51,549 bases of DNA from an uncultured Bifidobacteriaceae bacterium (lineage in GTDB: Bacteria > Actinomycetota > Actinomycetes > S36-B12). The position numbers and the translations under genes were made by a program. Positions 27,667 through 37,866 of this stretch are shown here, in pieces. Position 1 is the stretch's first letter; every line of letters begins with the position of its first letter. The stretch covers positions 14,200 through 65,748 of the forward strand of contig CAZVCZ010000001.1 of assembly GCA_964626275.1 (NCBI GenBank). Direction: 5' to 3'. Below the pieces are notes generated by a model. That model searched no databases and was not told the origin of the DNA. It saw only the letters and a list, made by a program, of their open reading frames with translations.

Positions 27667-30327
27667 GTGGCCAGCGTGAACTCATTCGGCGCCCGTGACG
27701 ATCTCGTCGTCGATGGACAGTCCTACGAGATCTTCCGTATCGATGCGGTTCCCGGGTACGAGCACCTGCCCTTCACGCATCGGATTCTCCTGGAGAATCT
27801 GCTGCGTACGGAGGATGGCGCGAACGTCACCGCTGACCAGATTCGCGCGCTGGGGGCGTGGGATGCACAGGCTGAGCCCCACCAGGAAATCCAGTTCACA
27901 CCCGCACGCGTTGTCATGCAGGACTTCACCGGGGTCCCCGTGGTCGTCGACCTTGCCACGATGCGTGAAGCCGTCGTCGCCCTCGGCGGTGACGCTGCCG
28001 CGGTGGAGCCGCTCGCCCCTGCGGAATTGGTCATCGACCACTCCGTGATCGCCGACTACTTCGCTCGCCCGGATGCCGCGGATCTCAACGTCGCCCTGGA
28101 ATATGAGCGGAACAGGGAGCGCTACCAGTTCCTGCGCTGGGGCCAGGGTGCGTTCGAGGAGTTCAAGGTCGTCCCGCCCGGGACGGGAATCGTCCATCAG
28201 GTCAACATCGAGCACCTGGCGCGCGTCATCATGGCTCGCGGCGGACAGGCCTACCCGGACACCGTCGTCGGCACGGACTCACACACCACGATGGTGAACG
28301 GCCTCGGGGTCCTCGGCTGGGGTGTGGGTGGTATCGAGGCCGAGGCCGCCATGCTCGGCCAGCCGGTCTCCATGCTTATTCCTCGCGTCGTCGGATTCAA
28401 ACTCACCGGAGTCCTGCCCGAGGGTGCGACCGCCACCGACCTCGTCCTCACCATCACGGAGATGCTGCGCAAGTTGGGGGTCGTCGGCGCTTTCGTGGAG
28501 TTCTTCGGTGAAGGGGTGTCCTCGGTTCCGCTCGCCAACCGCGCCACCATCGGAAACATGAGCCCGGAATACGGCTCGACAGTGGCGATCTTCCCGATCG
28601 ATGACGCGACGATCGACTACCTGCGCTTGACGGGACGCTCGGACCACCAGATCGCTCTGGTCGAGGCGTATGCACGCACGCAGGGACTCTGGCACGATCC
28701 CGGTCAGGAGGCGCGGTACAGCGAATATCTCGAACTAGATCTCGCCACCGTGGAGCCTTCCCTGGCCGGCCCGAAGCGCCCACAGGACCGTATTCGGCTC
28801 GCCGAGGCCCAGGAGGCCTTCCGAGCCGCCCTCCCGACCTACACCGACACGATCCCGCATCCGGTCGAGGTGACGATGGAGGACGGAACCCGCGTCGAGA
28901 TCGATCATGGCTCCGTCGCCATCGCGGCCATTACGTCCTGCACCAATACCTCGAACCCCTCGGTGATGATCGCCGCAGCCCTGGTTGCGAAGAAGGCGGT
29001 CGAGCGTGGCGTGACCCGCAAGCCGTGGGTGAAGACGACCCTGGCACCGGGTTCCAAGGTGGTGACCGACTACTACGACCGGGCCGGACTCACTCCCTAT
29101 CTCGACAAGGTCGGATTCGATCTGGTGGGTTATGGCTGCACGACCTGCATCGGCAACTCCGGTCCGCTGCCTGAACAGATCAGTGCCGCCGTCAATGCCG
29201 AGGGGCTCAACGTCGTGTCCGTCCTGTCGGGCAATCGCAACTTCGAGGGCCGGATCAATCCCGACGTCACCATGAACTACCTGGCCTCTCCGCCCCTGGT
29301 CGTCGCGTACTCGATCGCGGGAACCATGGACATCGACCTGCTGAACGATCCGCTCGCGTTCGACCCGGAGGGCGATCCCGTCTATTTGCGCGATCTGTGG
29401 CCGACCACCCAGGAGATCGAGGACGTGATCGCGAGCGCGATCGATGAGTCGATGTTCGCCGATCGCTACGCCCACGTCTTCGACGGCGACGAGCGGTGGC
29501 GATCACTCCCGACTCCCACGGGAGACACCTTCGACTGGAATCCAGACTCCACCTACGTGCGTCGGCCCCCGTACTTCGAGGGAATGTCCGCGACACCCGC
29601 GCCGGTCACCGACATCCGAGACGCTCGTGTGCTGGCCGTTCTCGGCGACTCGGTGACGACCGACCACATCTCTCCCGCCGGGTCGATCAAGGCCGACAGT
29701 CCAGCGGGGCGCTATCTGCTCGAGCATGGCGTCGAACGCAAGGACTTCAACTCCTATGGATCCCGCCGGGGCAATCACGAGGTCATGATCCGAGGCACAT
29801 TCGCCAATATTCGGTTGCGCAACCTGATGCTCGACGATGTCCAGGGCGGCTTCACCCTCGACTTCACTCAGTCGGGCCACCCCCAGGTGAGCATCTTCGA
29901 CGCATCCGTCGCCTACGCGGCTCAGGACACTCCGCTCGTCATCATCGCCGGGAAGGAGTACGGCTCCGGCTCGTCCCGTGACTGGGCCGCGAAGGGCACG
30001 GCTCTTCTCGGGGTTCGGGCGGTCATCGCCGAGTCCTACGAGCGCATCCATCGCTCCAATCTGATCGGTATGGGAGTGCTTCCCCTCCAGTTCATGCCCG
30101 GTGATTCCGCCGAGAGCCTGGGACTGACCGGCCACGAGATCATCACCATCAGCGGCGTCGAAGCTCTCAATGACGGCATGATCCGCGAAGTCGAGGTCAT
30201 CGCGGAAGGCGATGACGGTCGTTCCCATGCCTTCACCGCGATCGTCCGCATCGACACGCCCGGAGAGGCGGACTATTACCGCCACGGCGGAATCTTGCAG
30301 TACGTCCTTCGTTCCCTCGCGCGCTGA
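27667..30327 (+). CDS. acnA: Aconitate hydratase A
   Basis: 886 aa with 'NSFGAR' near the N-terminus, '[10 protein letters not shown]', '[10 protein letters not shown]', '[10 protein letters not shown]', 'SGNRNFEGR' and '[13 protein letters not shown]'. Confidence 0.95.
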   Translation: MASVNSFGARDDLVVDGQSYEIFRIDAVPGYEHLPFTHRILLENLLRTEDGANVTADQIRALGAWDAQAEPHQEIQFTPARVVMQDFTGVPVVVDLATMREAVVALGGDAAAVEPLAPAELVIDHSVIADYFARPDAADLNVALEYERNRERYQFLRWGQGAFEEFKVVPPGTGIVHQVNIEHLARVIMARGGQAYPDTVVGTDSHTTMVNGLGVLGWGVGGIEAEAAMLGQPVSMLIPRVVGFKLTGVLPEGATATDLVLTITEMLRKLGVVGAFVEFFGEGVSSVPLANRATIGNMSPEYGSTVAIFPIDDATIDYLRLTGRSDHQIALVEAYARTQGLWHDPGQEARYSEYLELDLATVEPSLAGPKRPQDRIRLAEAQEAFRAALPTYTDTIPHPVEVTMEDGTRVEIDHGSVAIAAITSCTNTSNPSVMIAAALVAKKAVERGVTRKPWVKTTLAPGSKVVTDYYDRAGLTPYLDKVGFDLVGYGCTTCIGNSGPLPEQISAAVNAEGLNVVSVLSGNRNFEGRINPDVTMNYLASPPLVVAYSIAGTMDIDLLNDPLAFDPEGDPVYLRDLWPTTQEIEDVIASAIDESMFADRYAHVFDGDERWRSLPTPTGDTFDWNPDSTYVRRPPYFEGMSATPAPVTDIRDARVLAVLGDSVTTDHISPAGSIKADSPAGRYLLEHGVERKDFNSYGSRRGNHEVMIRGTFANIRLRNLMLDDVQGGFTLDFTQSGHPQVSIFDASVAYAAQDTPLVIIAGKEYGSGSSRDWAAKGTALLGVRAVIAESYERIHRSNLIGMGVLPLQFMPGDSAESLGLTGHEIITISGVEALNDGMIREVEVIAEGDDGRSHAFTAIVRIDTPGEADYYRHGGILQYVLRSLAR

Positions 30328-30361
30328 GGTGTGGTCTGGGCCGTGCCGGCCTAGACTGGCC

Positions 30362-30382
30362 CGGCAGGTATACGGCCTGCCG
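30362..30382 (+). terminator. Weak candidate stem-loop CGGCAGG-tatacgg-CCTGCCG between acn and dxs
   Basis: A 7-bp GC-rich stem read from the sequence, with no following T-tract. It could equally be part of the dxs leader. Confidence 0.2.
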
Positions 30383-30398
30383 TGGGAGTGAGCGGAGT

Positions 30399-32381
30399 GT
30401 GATGAGGGTGGCGCTGATCGATGAGATCAACTCGCCTGAGGACCTTCGCGCGCTCGATCCCGAGCAGATCGAGACCCTATGCGCGCAGATTCGCGAGTTT
30501 CTCGTCGACCGCGTGTCGAAAACGGGCGGTCACCTCGGGCCTAATCTCGGCGTCGTCGAGTTGAGTGTCGCGCTGCACCGGGTCTTCTCAACACCCAGTG
30601 ACGTCATCCTCTGGGACACCGGGCACCAGGCCTACGTGCACAAGATCCTCACCGGACGGCGGGAGGACTTCGACACCCTACGAAAGAAGGGTGGGCTGTC
30701 GGGTTACCCCAGCAGGGCTGAGAGCGTCCACGACGTCATCGAGAATTCCCATGCCTCCACTGCGCTGTCCTATGCCGACGGAATCGCGAAGGCGTGGCAA
30801 CTCGATGGGGTGCTCGGTGTCCGTGGCGGACGCCATGTCGTCGCGGTGATCGGCGACGGGGCTCTCACCGGAGGCATGTCCTGGGAGGCCCTGAACAACA
30901 TCGCGGCGAGTGATCGTCCCCTCATCATCGTCGTGAACGACAACGAGCGGTCCTATTCGCCCACGATCGGGGGACTGGCCCACCACCTGTCGACCTTGCG
31001 CACGACGCGGGGGTATGAGCGGTTCCTTGAATGGGGTCGTCGGCTTCTCCATCGCACCCCCGTCGTCGGGACGGCTGTTTACGACACTCTGCACGGCATG
31101 AAGAAGGGCCTGAAGGACGTCGTCGCTCCGCAGGGCATGTTCGAAGATCTCGGCTTGAAGTACATCGGCCCGGTCGATGGACACGATGTCGCGGAACTCG
31201 AACACGCGCTCAACCGGGCTACCGCGTTCGACGGACCGGTGATCGTTCATGCCATCACGGTGAAGGGCCGCGGCTATCGCCCGGCCGAGGATGACGACGC
31301 GGATCGATTCCACGGAGTGGGCGTCATCGATCCCGACACGGGAAAGCCGCTCTCGGCGAGTTCGCCGAGTTGGACCTCGGTGTTCTCCGATGAGCTGTGC
31401 CGCATCGGCGGAGTCCGGCCCGATGTGGTCTCCATCACCGCGGCCATGGCCGGTCCCACCGGGTTGGCCGCCTTCGGTGAACGGTTCCCCGATCGCTTTT
31501 ACGACGTGGGGATCGCCGAGCAGCATGCCGTCACCAGCGCCACCGGTCTGGCTTATGCCGGCAAGCATCCGGTGGTGGCGGTCTACGCGACGTTTCTAAA
31601 TCGTGCCTTCGATCAGGTGCTGATGGACTGCGCACTGCACAGGGCAGGGGTCACCTTCGTGCTGGACCGTGCGGGCGTCACCGGTGACGACGGTGCCAGC
31701 CACAACGGCATGTGGGACATGGCCCTGCTCTCCATCGTGCCCGGCCTGAGGCTCGCAGCCCCACGAGACGAGGCCACCCTGCGACGCAGCCTGAATGAGG
31801 CCGTGGCTGTGAGCGATGCACCTACCGTCATCCGCTTCCCCAAGGGTGCGCTCGTGGCGGAGATCCCAGCAGTGGGACACCTTGGCGAGGTGGATGTGCT
31901 CAGGGACGCGGCCGATCCCGACGTACTGGTCATCGGAATCGGGGCATTCGCCGCCCTCGGACTCGAGGTCGCCGAGCGGCTCAGCGATCAGGGCATCACC
32001 GTGCGCGTCATCGATCCACGTTGGGCCCTCCCTGTAAGCGACGACCTCATCGAGGCCTGTGCCAGCGTGCCTCGCGTCGTTGTGATGGAGGACGGGCTGC
32101 GACAGGGTGGAATCGCCGGGACCTTACGTCAGGTGCTGGCCGCCCGTGATGTGACGACACCGATCAAGGATTTCGGTGTGCCCGATGAGTTCCTCGAGGC
32201 TGGATCGCGAGCTCAGGTGCTCGACATGTGCGGTTTGACCGCCCAGGACATCTCCCGAGAAGTGGTCGAGTGGGTATCGGCGACATGGGAGACGCAGGAG
32301 GACGAGCCGCACTCCCTGCCGGATGGTGGGACCGCCCAGTACCCCGAGGGAACGCACGACTCCGGACCGACTCGCTCCTAG
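30399..32381 (+). CDS. dxs: 1-deoxy-D-xylulose-5-phosphate synthase
   Basis: It has '[18 protein letters not shown]', '[16 protein letters not shown]', the TPP motif '[16 protein letters not shown]' and '[13 protein letters not shown]'. Confidence 0.95.
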   Translation: MMRVALIDEINSPEDLRALDPEQIETLCAQIREFLVDRVSKTGGHLGPNLGVVELSVALHRVFSTPSDVILWDTGHQAYVHKILTGRREDFDTLRKKGGLSGYPSRAESVHDVIENSHASTALSYADGIAKAWQLDGVLGVRGGRHVVAVIGDGALTGGMSWEALNNIAASDRPLIIVVNDNERSYSPTIGGLAHHLSTLRTTRGYERFLEWGRRLLHRTPVVGTAVYDTLHGMKKGLKDVVAPQGMFEDLGLKYIGPVDGHDVAELEHALNRATAFDGPVIVHAITVKGRGYRPAEDDDADRFHGVGVIDPDTGKPLSASSPSWTSVFSDELCRIGGVRPDVVSITAAMAGPTGLAAFGERFPDRFYDVGIAEQHAVTSATGLAYAGKHPVVAVYATFLNRAFDQVLMDCALHRAGVTFVLDRAGVTGDDGASHNGMWDMALLSIVPGLRLAAPRDEATLRRSLNEAVAVSDAPTVIRFPKGALVAEIPAVGHLGEVDVLRDAADPDVLVIGIGAFAALGLEVAERLSDQGITVRVIDPRWALPVSDDLIEACASVPRVVVMEDGLRQGGIAGTLRQVLAARDVTTPIKDFGVPDEFLEAGSRAQVLDMCGLTAQDISREVVEWVSATWETQEDEPHSLPDGGTAQYPEGTHDSGPTRS

Positions 32382-33640
32382 GTTGCCCGCGGCTGGATCG
32401 CCTCCACGAGAACGGGCGTGATGAGGGAACGCTGCCAGGCACGGATGCCCAGCGCACTGAGCGCCTCGTCGATGGACGCTGAATTGGTCGGCTCCGGCGG
32501 GCGCCAGAGCACGCGGCGGACTGAATCGGGAGTCGCGAGGTTCTCCACGGGAATGTTCCAGTCGGCGGAGAGTTCGGCCAGACCTGCCTTCGCCCTGGCG
32601 AGTCGTTCCGCAGCCTCCGGATCCTTGCCGCTCCACATGCGCGGAGGGGGCGGCCCATCGCCACGCAATGCCAACTCGGGGAGTTCGCCCGCCGGTAGTT
32701 CAAGCGCCGAGGAGATGGCGCTCCACCACCGAGACCGGAACCGGCCTCCGCGACCCTTCGAGAAGGCCTTTATCGACGGGAGCTCCTCCGCGGATGTCGG
32801 AGGTCGACTGGCCGCGGACACGATCGCGGCGTCGGGGAGGATCCGCCCGGGTGCAAGGTCGCGTTCGCGGGCGATGCGGTCCCGTTCCTCCCAGAGCGCT
32901 TGCACGACGGCCAGGCCTCGTCGGTCCCGGACAGCGTGGATGCCTGAGGTCCGACGCCAGGGATCAGTCCGCATTGGAGGGGCCTGGAAGGCCACCAGCG
33001 CATCGAATTCCTCCTGAGCCCAGGTCGTCTTGCCAGCCTCGTCCAGGGCCTGTCCTAACCGATCGCGCAGGGCTGGCAGCACCTCGACGTCGAGCGCGGC
33101 ATAGGCGCGCCACTCCTCGGGTAGAGGTCGGGTGGACCAGTCCGCCGCACCGTGACCCTTGGCGAGGTGCCAGCCGAGTTCTGCGGCGACGAGCGGGCCG
33201 AGTCCGACCCGGTCGCGACCGAGGAGGCGCCCGGCGAGCTCGGTGTCGAACAGCCGAGTCGGTCGCAGGCCGACCTCAGCGAGGCAGGGCAGATCCTGCG
33301 TTGCGGCGTGCAAGATCCACTCCATGGGCGCCACGAACTCGGCAAGGCGGTGTAAATCCGGAAGGGCGATGGGATCGATGAGCCAGGTGCCGCCATCGAC
33401 TCGATGGAGCTGAATCAGGTAGGCACGCTGTCCGTAGCGGAACCCCGACGCCCGCTCGGCATCGATGGCGATTGGCCCGGTGCCCGCCGCCAGCGCCTCC
33501 AAGGCCCGGGTGAGGCCACGCGGGGTGTCGATGAGGTCAGGGATCCCGTCGCGGGGCGTGATGACGAGCAGATCCTCCGGCGGTTCCTCGGCCGGCGGAT
33601 TGGATTCCGCATCGGCGGTCGAGGCGGTAGGTGTGGTCAT
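32378..33640 (-). CDS. rnd: Ribonuclease D-like 3'-5' exonuclease with an HRDC domain
   Basis: The DEDD exonuclease motifs '[13 protein letters not shown]' and '[12 protein letters not shown]' are present, plus an HRDC region. The ATG at 33640 overlaps the DUF3000 stop (ATGA). The track start at 33931 runs through the upstream gene. Confidence 0.85.
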   Translation of the reverse strand: MTTPTASTADAESNPPAEEPPEDLLVITPRDGIPDLIDTPRGLTRALEALAAGTGPIAIDAERASGFRYGQRAYLIQLHRVDGGTWLIDPIALPDLHRLAEFVAPMEWILHAATQDLPCLAEVGLRPTRLFDTELAGRLLGRDRVGLGPLVAAELGWHLAKGHGAADWSTRPLPEEWRAYAALDVEVLPALRDRLGQALDEAGKTTWAQEEFDALVAFQAPPMRTDPWRRTSGIHAVRDRRGLAVVQALWEERDRIARERDLAPGRILPDAAIVSAASRPPTSAEELPSIKAFSKGRGGRFRSRWWSAISSALELPAGELPELALRGDGPPPPRMWSGKDPEAAERLARAKAGLAELSADWNIPVENLATPDSVRRVLWRPPEPTNSASIDEALSALGIRAWQRSLITPVLVEAIQPRAT

Positions 33641-34257
33641 GGTGAGGTCGTCATGACTCCGGGCTGGGGCGTGGAGGGTCGGCCGAGGCGGGTCACCCCG
33701 GCGGCCTCGGGGATGAGGCCGGCAGCACTCGACAGGACGCACGCCCAGGCTCGCGCATGGCGGCCGAGATCCTCCGGTGGCCCGTCCGGGGTCCATGAGG
33801 CGCGTATTTCGATCTGTCCATTGGCGCCTGAATCGACGAGGGAGCCGAATCCTTCGCTGGACACTCGAGTGACCGTTCCGCCGAGGGAATGGTGGGCGGC
33901 CCCCTCCTCGGCCAAGGCATCCTGCAGCCAACTCCAGCCCACCGAGGTCAGGAGATGGTCACCTGCGAGGTCTGCTTCGAGATCGGCTCGGGCATAGCTC
34001 ACCACCCGGAACGTGCCGGCCCAGGAATCCACACCCTCGGGATCATGCAGCACCACGAGGCGGCCGGTGGCGATCGCATCGGCCTCGGCGTCCGCCGGGT
34101 CGAGAATCTCCGCAGTCAGCGCGACTGCGTGGGGTGCGAGCCGCTGCGGTGCTGGTGCCTCATCGATGGTGATCTCGGGACGGAACCGCTCCTGACGCAG
34201 GCTGGCGAGGGCGAGGTCGAATTCGACTGAGTCCAGGCCACCCGGGGAATGCACCAC
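33637..34257 (-). CDS. DUF3000-family protein
   Basis: 'FRPEITIDEAPAPQRLAPHAVALTAE...GRLVVLHDPEG...VGWSWLQDAL' matches the remembered family consensus. The gene is translationally coupled to rnd. Confidence 0.75.
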   Translation of the reverse strand: MVHSPGGLDSVEFDLALASLRQERFRPEITIDEAPAPQRLAPHAVALTAEILDPADAEADAIATGRLVVLHDPEGVDSWAGTFRVVSYARADLEADLAGDHLLTSVGWSWLQDALAEEGAAHHSLGGTVTRVSSEGFGSLVDSGANGQIEIRASWTPDGPPEDLGRHARAWACVLSSAAGLIPEAAGVTRLGRPSTPQPGVMTTSP

Positions 34258-34293
34258 CCAAGCGTACGTCGAATGGGCCGAGAACCCCGGCCT

Positions 34294-34749
34294 TCACACG
34301 CCGTCGGAGTCGGATTCGGCCGGCTGGTGGCGGATGCTCAGTGAGTTGATGCAATACCTCAGGTCCGACGGCGTGGGGTAGCCCTCCCCGGCGAACACGT
34401 GGCCGAGATGGCCGTCGCAAGCGGAGCAGCGGACCTCGGTGCGCACCATGCCCAGGGACGCGTCCTGAAGCTCGACGACCGCGGCGTCCTCGATGGGGGC
34501 GTAGAACGACGGCCATCCGCAGTGGGAGTCGAACTTCGTGGTGGCCGGGAACAGGGAGGCCCCACAGCCGCGACAGGTGTACGTCCCCGGATCCTGGGTC
34601 GTGACGTACTCACCCGACCAGGGTGCCTCGGTGCCGGCCCGGCGCAGGACGTGGAACTCCTCGGGTGAGAGCACCTCGCGCCAATACGCGTCGTCTCGCT
34701 TCTCGGATCCGGATTCGGTCGCCTCCGGTGTGTTCTCCTGCGCCGACAT
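34294..34749 (-). CDS. msrB: Peptide-methionine (R)-S-oxide reductase
   Basis: It has 'YTCRGCGASLF', 'GWPSF' and 'RTEVRCSACDGHLGHVF' (two CxxC zinc pairs plus the catalytic region). The ATG at 34749 gives 151 aa. The track ORF's 109-residue N-terminal extension is unsupported. Confidence 0.9.
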   Translation of the reverse strand: MSAQENTPEATESGSEKRDDAYWREVLSPEEFHVLRRAGTEAPWSGEYVTTQDPGTYTCRGCGASLFPATTKFDSHCGWPSFYAPIEDAAVVELQDASLGMVRTEVRCSACDGHLGHVFAGEGYPTPSDLRYCINSLSIRHQPAESDSDGV

Positions 34750-34839
34750 AGCCATCAGCCTAGGCGAGTCCTCCCCACACCGCATGGGCGAGACGAATAC
34801 GCTGGGCGGACCGTTGTTCGTGAGGAAAGGGCTGGTGCG

Positions 34840-35376
34840 ATGAGCGACATGCTCGACACCCGAGGGGCGTGGCTGAGCACGGAAGAGCTCGCTCAGGCGC
34901 GTGAACGGCTGCCGATCGTGTATGTCGATGCGCTGCCTGTCCGGGTCGATGCACTCGGCCAGGTGTCGGCGGTGGGGCTGCTCTTGCGCGCACGTCCGGA
35001 CGGCTCGCTGAGCAGGTCGGTCGTGTCGGGACGGGTGCTCTATGGAGAGCGGGTCCGCGATGCACTCCTGCGGCACCTGGAGAAGGACCTTGGCTCAATG
35101 GCCCTTCCGAGGGTGCCGGTGTCGATCGTTCCGTTCACCGTGGCCGAGTATTTCCCGGATCCTGAGGTCACCGGGTTCCATGACCCGCGCCAGCATGCGG
35201 TGAGCCTGGCCTACGTGGTTCCCTGCGATGGCGACTGCGAGCCGTCCCAGGACGCTCTCGATCTCGCCTGGGTCTCGCCCGCGGAGGCCCTGTCCTACAC
35301 CTTCCAGGCCGAGATGACCGCCGGGCAGGGGCAACTCGTCCGGCTGGGCCTGGCCCACTGCGGCTATCTCGATTGA
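34840..35376 (+). CDS. NUDIX-fold protein with a degenerate Nudix box (DUF4916-like)
   Basis: It has 'LPIVYVDALPVRVD...VGLLLR', and 'GRVLYGERVRDALLRHLEKDLG' resembles a degenerate GX5EX7REUXEEXGU box. Confidence 0.65.
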   Translation: MSDMLDTRGAWLSTEELAQARERLPIVYVDALPVRVDALGQVSAVGLLLRARPDGSLSRSVVSGRVLYGERVRDALLRHLEKDLGSMALPRVPVSIVPFTVAEYFPDPEVTGFHDPRQHAVSLAYVVPCDGDCEPSQDALDLAWVSPAEALSYTFQAEMTAGQGQLVRLGLAHCGYLD

Positions 35377-35380
35377 CCGG

Positions 35381-36187
35381 TTAGTCCCGATCGGCGCCGG
35401 GCAGGAATCGGGGCGCTCGACCCTCATCTCGCGCGGCCAGCGCCTCGTCGAGGTCCGGCCACCGGAATGATCTGGACATCCACTCCAGACTCTCGGCCAG
35501 GTGCGTGCTGAGGTCGCTTCCCTCCGCGGCGGCGAACTGACTCTTCATCGCCGCAAGCGAGGCGGGGGAACAGTGTGCGGCCACATCGCGCGCCCAGTCC
35601 ATCGCGGTATTGAGCGCGCTTTCGCTGACCCCGCTCACCAACCCGATCCGGAGCGCTTCGTCGGCATCGATGGGTCGCCCGCTCAAGAGCAGTTCGCGGG
35701 CCCGAGCCGGTCCGACGACTCGGGGGAGCAGCCATGCCGCACCATATTCGGCCGTGAGACCGAGCCGGGAGAACACGCTCAGAAAGAGGGCCTGTCGGCT
35801 GGCGAATCGGACATCACCGGTGAGTGCGAGCACGAATCCAGCACCCGCAGCAGCGCCGTTGATGGCCATCACCACCGGGGTGGTCATCGACACCGTGAAC
35901 GCGAAGAGCGCTTCGGCATCGAACTCGGAGGCGAACCCCTCGAGGGCGTCCGGGCCCTGGGCGAGGAGTGCCAGATCAGCGCCCGCGCAGAAGCCTTTTC
36001 CTGCTCCGGTCACCACGATCACGCGTGCCTGGGCGTCCCTCTCCGCAGCGTGCAGCACCTCCGTGTAGCGCTCCAGCAGTGCCGGACTCATGGCGTTGAG
36101 ACGCTCAGGGCGGTTCAGGGTGATCAGGCACACCCCGTCAGTGGTCTCGGAGAGCACCAGGGACTGGGGATCATCGGCGTGACTCAT
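35381..36187 (-). CDS. Enoyl-CoA hydratase/isomerase (crotonase) family protein
   Basis: It has 'ITLNRPERLNAM', 'VIVVTGAGKGFCAGADL' and 'MAINGAAAGAGFVLAL'. Confidence 0.85.
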   Translation of the reverse strand: MSHADDPQSLVLSETTDGVCLITLNRPERLNAMSPALLERYTEVLHAAERDAQARVIVVTGAGKGFCAGADLALLAQGPDALEGFASEFDAEALFAFTVSMTTPVVMAINGAAAGAGFVLALTGDVRFASRQALFLSVFSRLGLTAEYGAAWLLPRVVGPARARELLLSGRPIDADEALRIGLVSGVSESALNTAMDWARDVAAHCSPASLAAMKSQFAAAEGSDLSTHLAESLEWMSRSFRWPDLDEALAARDEGRAPRFLPGADRD

Positions 36188-36210
36188 GGGTGCATCGTGG
36201 CAGACGCTGG

Positions 36211-36699
36211 TCAGGCGTCGTAGGGATCGATCCCCATCAGGGTTTGATCCTCAGGCGTCAATTCCGAACCCGGACGGTCGAAGGGGTCGACGTCGGAGTC
36301 ATCGTCGGCGAGATCCTCCGCGGTGCGTCCGTCCAGCGGATCGCTCGGATCCTCTGGGTCTACGACATGCATGGCGGCTTGCTCTGCGGGCATCCAGGTT
36401 CCCGGTTGGAGTCCACCCGCATGCATCGGGTCGTCGCTGGCATCTTCGGCACCTTCCATCGCCAGGACCGACTCGGTGTCCTCCAGCGGATACTCCAGAC
36501 CGTCCAGCGAACCCTCGGGGTCTCCTCCCTGCTGACCATCTGGGGAAGGGTGCAGGGCCGCGTGGATCGCCTCGGCCTCCATCACCATGCTCAGTCGCTC
36601 TGCCTGGTCGGCGGCATCGCCGGCGACATCGACGGTGTCTTGAGTGGCGCGGGCTACCTCGTCCGGGGATCCGGCGTCGGTGACGTCGTCAGCGCTCAT
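36211..36699 (-). CDS. Highly acidic hypothetical protein (possibly DUF5709-like)
   Basis: The frame has high GC3. An AGGAGG RBS lies directly upstream of the ATG at 36699. The competing plus-strand ORFs (36186..36683 and 36190..36738) are Arg/Gly/Pro-rich shadow frames. The stop is 23 nt upstream of the crotonase start. Confidence 0.6.
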   Translation of the reverse strand: MSADDVTDAGSPDEVARATQDTVDVAGDAADQAERLSMVMEAEAIHAALHPSPDGQQGGDPEGSLDGLEYPLEDTESVLAMEGAEDASDDPMHAGGLQPGTWMPAEQAAMHVVDPEDPSDPLDGRTAEDLADDDSDVDPFDRPGSELTPEDQTLMGIDPYDA

Positions 36700-36865
36700 G
36701 GTGACCTCCTCAGTTACGACTCCCGGGGGAGCCACTGATGTGTAATGACGATGCTGCCAGATGGTGCCTGCGGCTGGGTAGGGACCATCGTCCGGAATCG
36801 ATCACCCGCTCCGACTCACGTGGAACCTGTCGCGGATCGATATGAGGGTCAGATACGGTCATTGC

Positions 36866-37129
36866 ATGGCAGCTGACAAGAGCGAAGGAACCCAGCAGGG
36901 ATCAGGGATCGGAACGGGGCGTCTCATCGCCATCGTCGTGGTGGCCGTTGCTGCTGCCTTCTTGATCTTCGGCAATCTCGACTCGACAACGGTCTGGCTC
37001 TGGGGATTCACCCTCGAGATGCCGCTGTTCCTCCTGCTGATCATCATGTTCGTCCTGGGCATGGTGCTCGGAGGTGTGGTGCGGTCAGCCGTTCGCAAAC
37101 TTCGAGGGGCCGAGCCGCGCACCAAGTAG
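36866..37129 (+). CDS. LapA/DUF1049-like small membrane protein
   Basis: Two transmembrane helices 'LIAIVVVAVAAAFLIFG' and 'PLFLLLIIMFVLGMVLGGVV' are followed by a basic tail. I place the start at the ATG at 36866. Confidence 0.6.
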   Translation: MAADKSEGTQQGSGIGTGRLIAIVVVAVAAAFLIFGNLDSTTVWLWGFTLEMPLFLLLIIMFVLGMVLGGVVRSAVRKLRGAEPRTK

Positions 37130-37185
37130 TTCGGCCACGAAGAACCGTTCGGGGGCTGGCATCGCATCGATCCGATGAACGTCGG

Positions 37186-37863
37186 CTAGCGCCCCTCGGC
37201 CGGCGGATCGGTGACGATGAGGTTGTCCTCGGCTGACACACGACCCGCGGGGATCGCGACATCGTGTTCGAGGAGTTGGCGCAGGGCCTGTGCCTTGTCA
37301 GCTCCCGTGACCAGCCACAGCACATGCCGGGCAGCATCCAGGGTCGGATAGGTCAGGGACATGCGGCGGTGCCCCTGATAAGGATGCGTCGTGATCGCAA
37401 CCGGCTGATCGAAAACTTCGAGGATCGGATCGCCCGGTACGAGCGAGGCCGTGTGGCCATCCGGGCCGAGACCGAGGTGGATCAGGTCGAACCGATCGGG
37501 CAACTCCTCCGCGTACTGCCGAGCTGCCGCCTCGAGATCATCGGCTTCGACCGGCATGGGATGGACATGAGCCGGGGCATCTCCCAGTGCCTGGTGCAGG
37601 TGCAGGAGGTTCCGATCGGGATCCTCCGGGCCGGTGATTCGTTCATCCACCTGGAAGATGTCGGTCCTGTCCCAGGGCATGTCCTCATGGACCAATTCAG
37701 CGAACATCAACCACGGCGTTCGCCCACCGCTCACGGCAAAGGTGAACCGACCGTTCTCGCGGACGGCTTCGTGCGCCCGACGCGCCACATGGGCCGCGGC
37801 TGCACGGAACAACTCAGTCGGGTCTGCATGCGACTCCACTGACCAGTGCGGCGTCCCGGTCAC
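37186..37863 (-). CDS. pgl: 6-phosphogluconolactonase
   Basis: 'RFTFAVSGGRTP', 'WDRTDIFQVDER' and 'FDLIHLGLGPDGHTASL' are hallmarks of the DevB/Pgl family. Confidence 0.85.
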   Translation of the reverse strand: MTGTPHWSVESHADPTELFRAAAAHVARRAHEAVRENGRFTFAVSGGRTPWLMFAELVHEDMPWDRTDIFQVDERITGPEDPDRNLLHLHQALGDAPAHVHPMPVEADDLEAAARQYAEELPDRFDLIHLGLGPDGHTASLVPGDPILEVFDQPVAITTHPYQGHRRMSLTYPTLDAARHVLWLVTGADKAQALRQLLEHDVAIPAGRVSAEDNLIVTDPPAEGR

Positions 37864-37866
37864 TCG

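Noticed and set aside
30328-30398. Possible TPP riboswitch upstream of dxs (a TPP-dependent enzyme)
   Set aside because: The gap is only 71 nt. It lacks the conserved CUGAGA-type core I would expect. Only a simple 7-bp hairpin is present.
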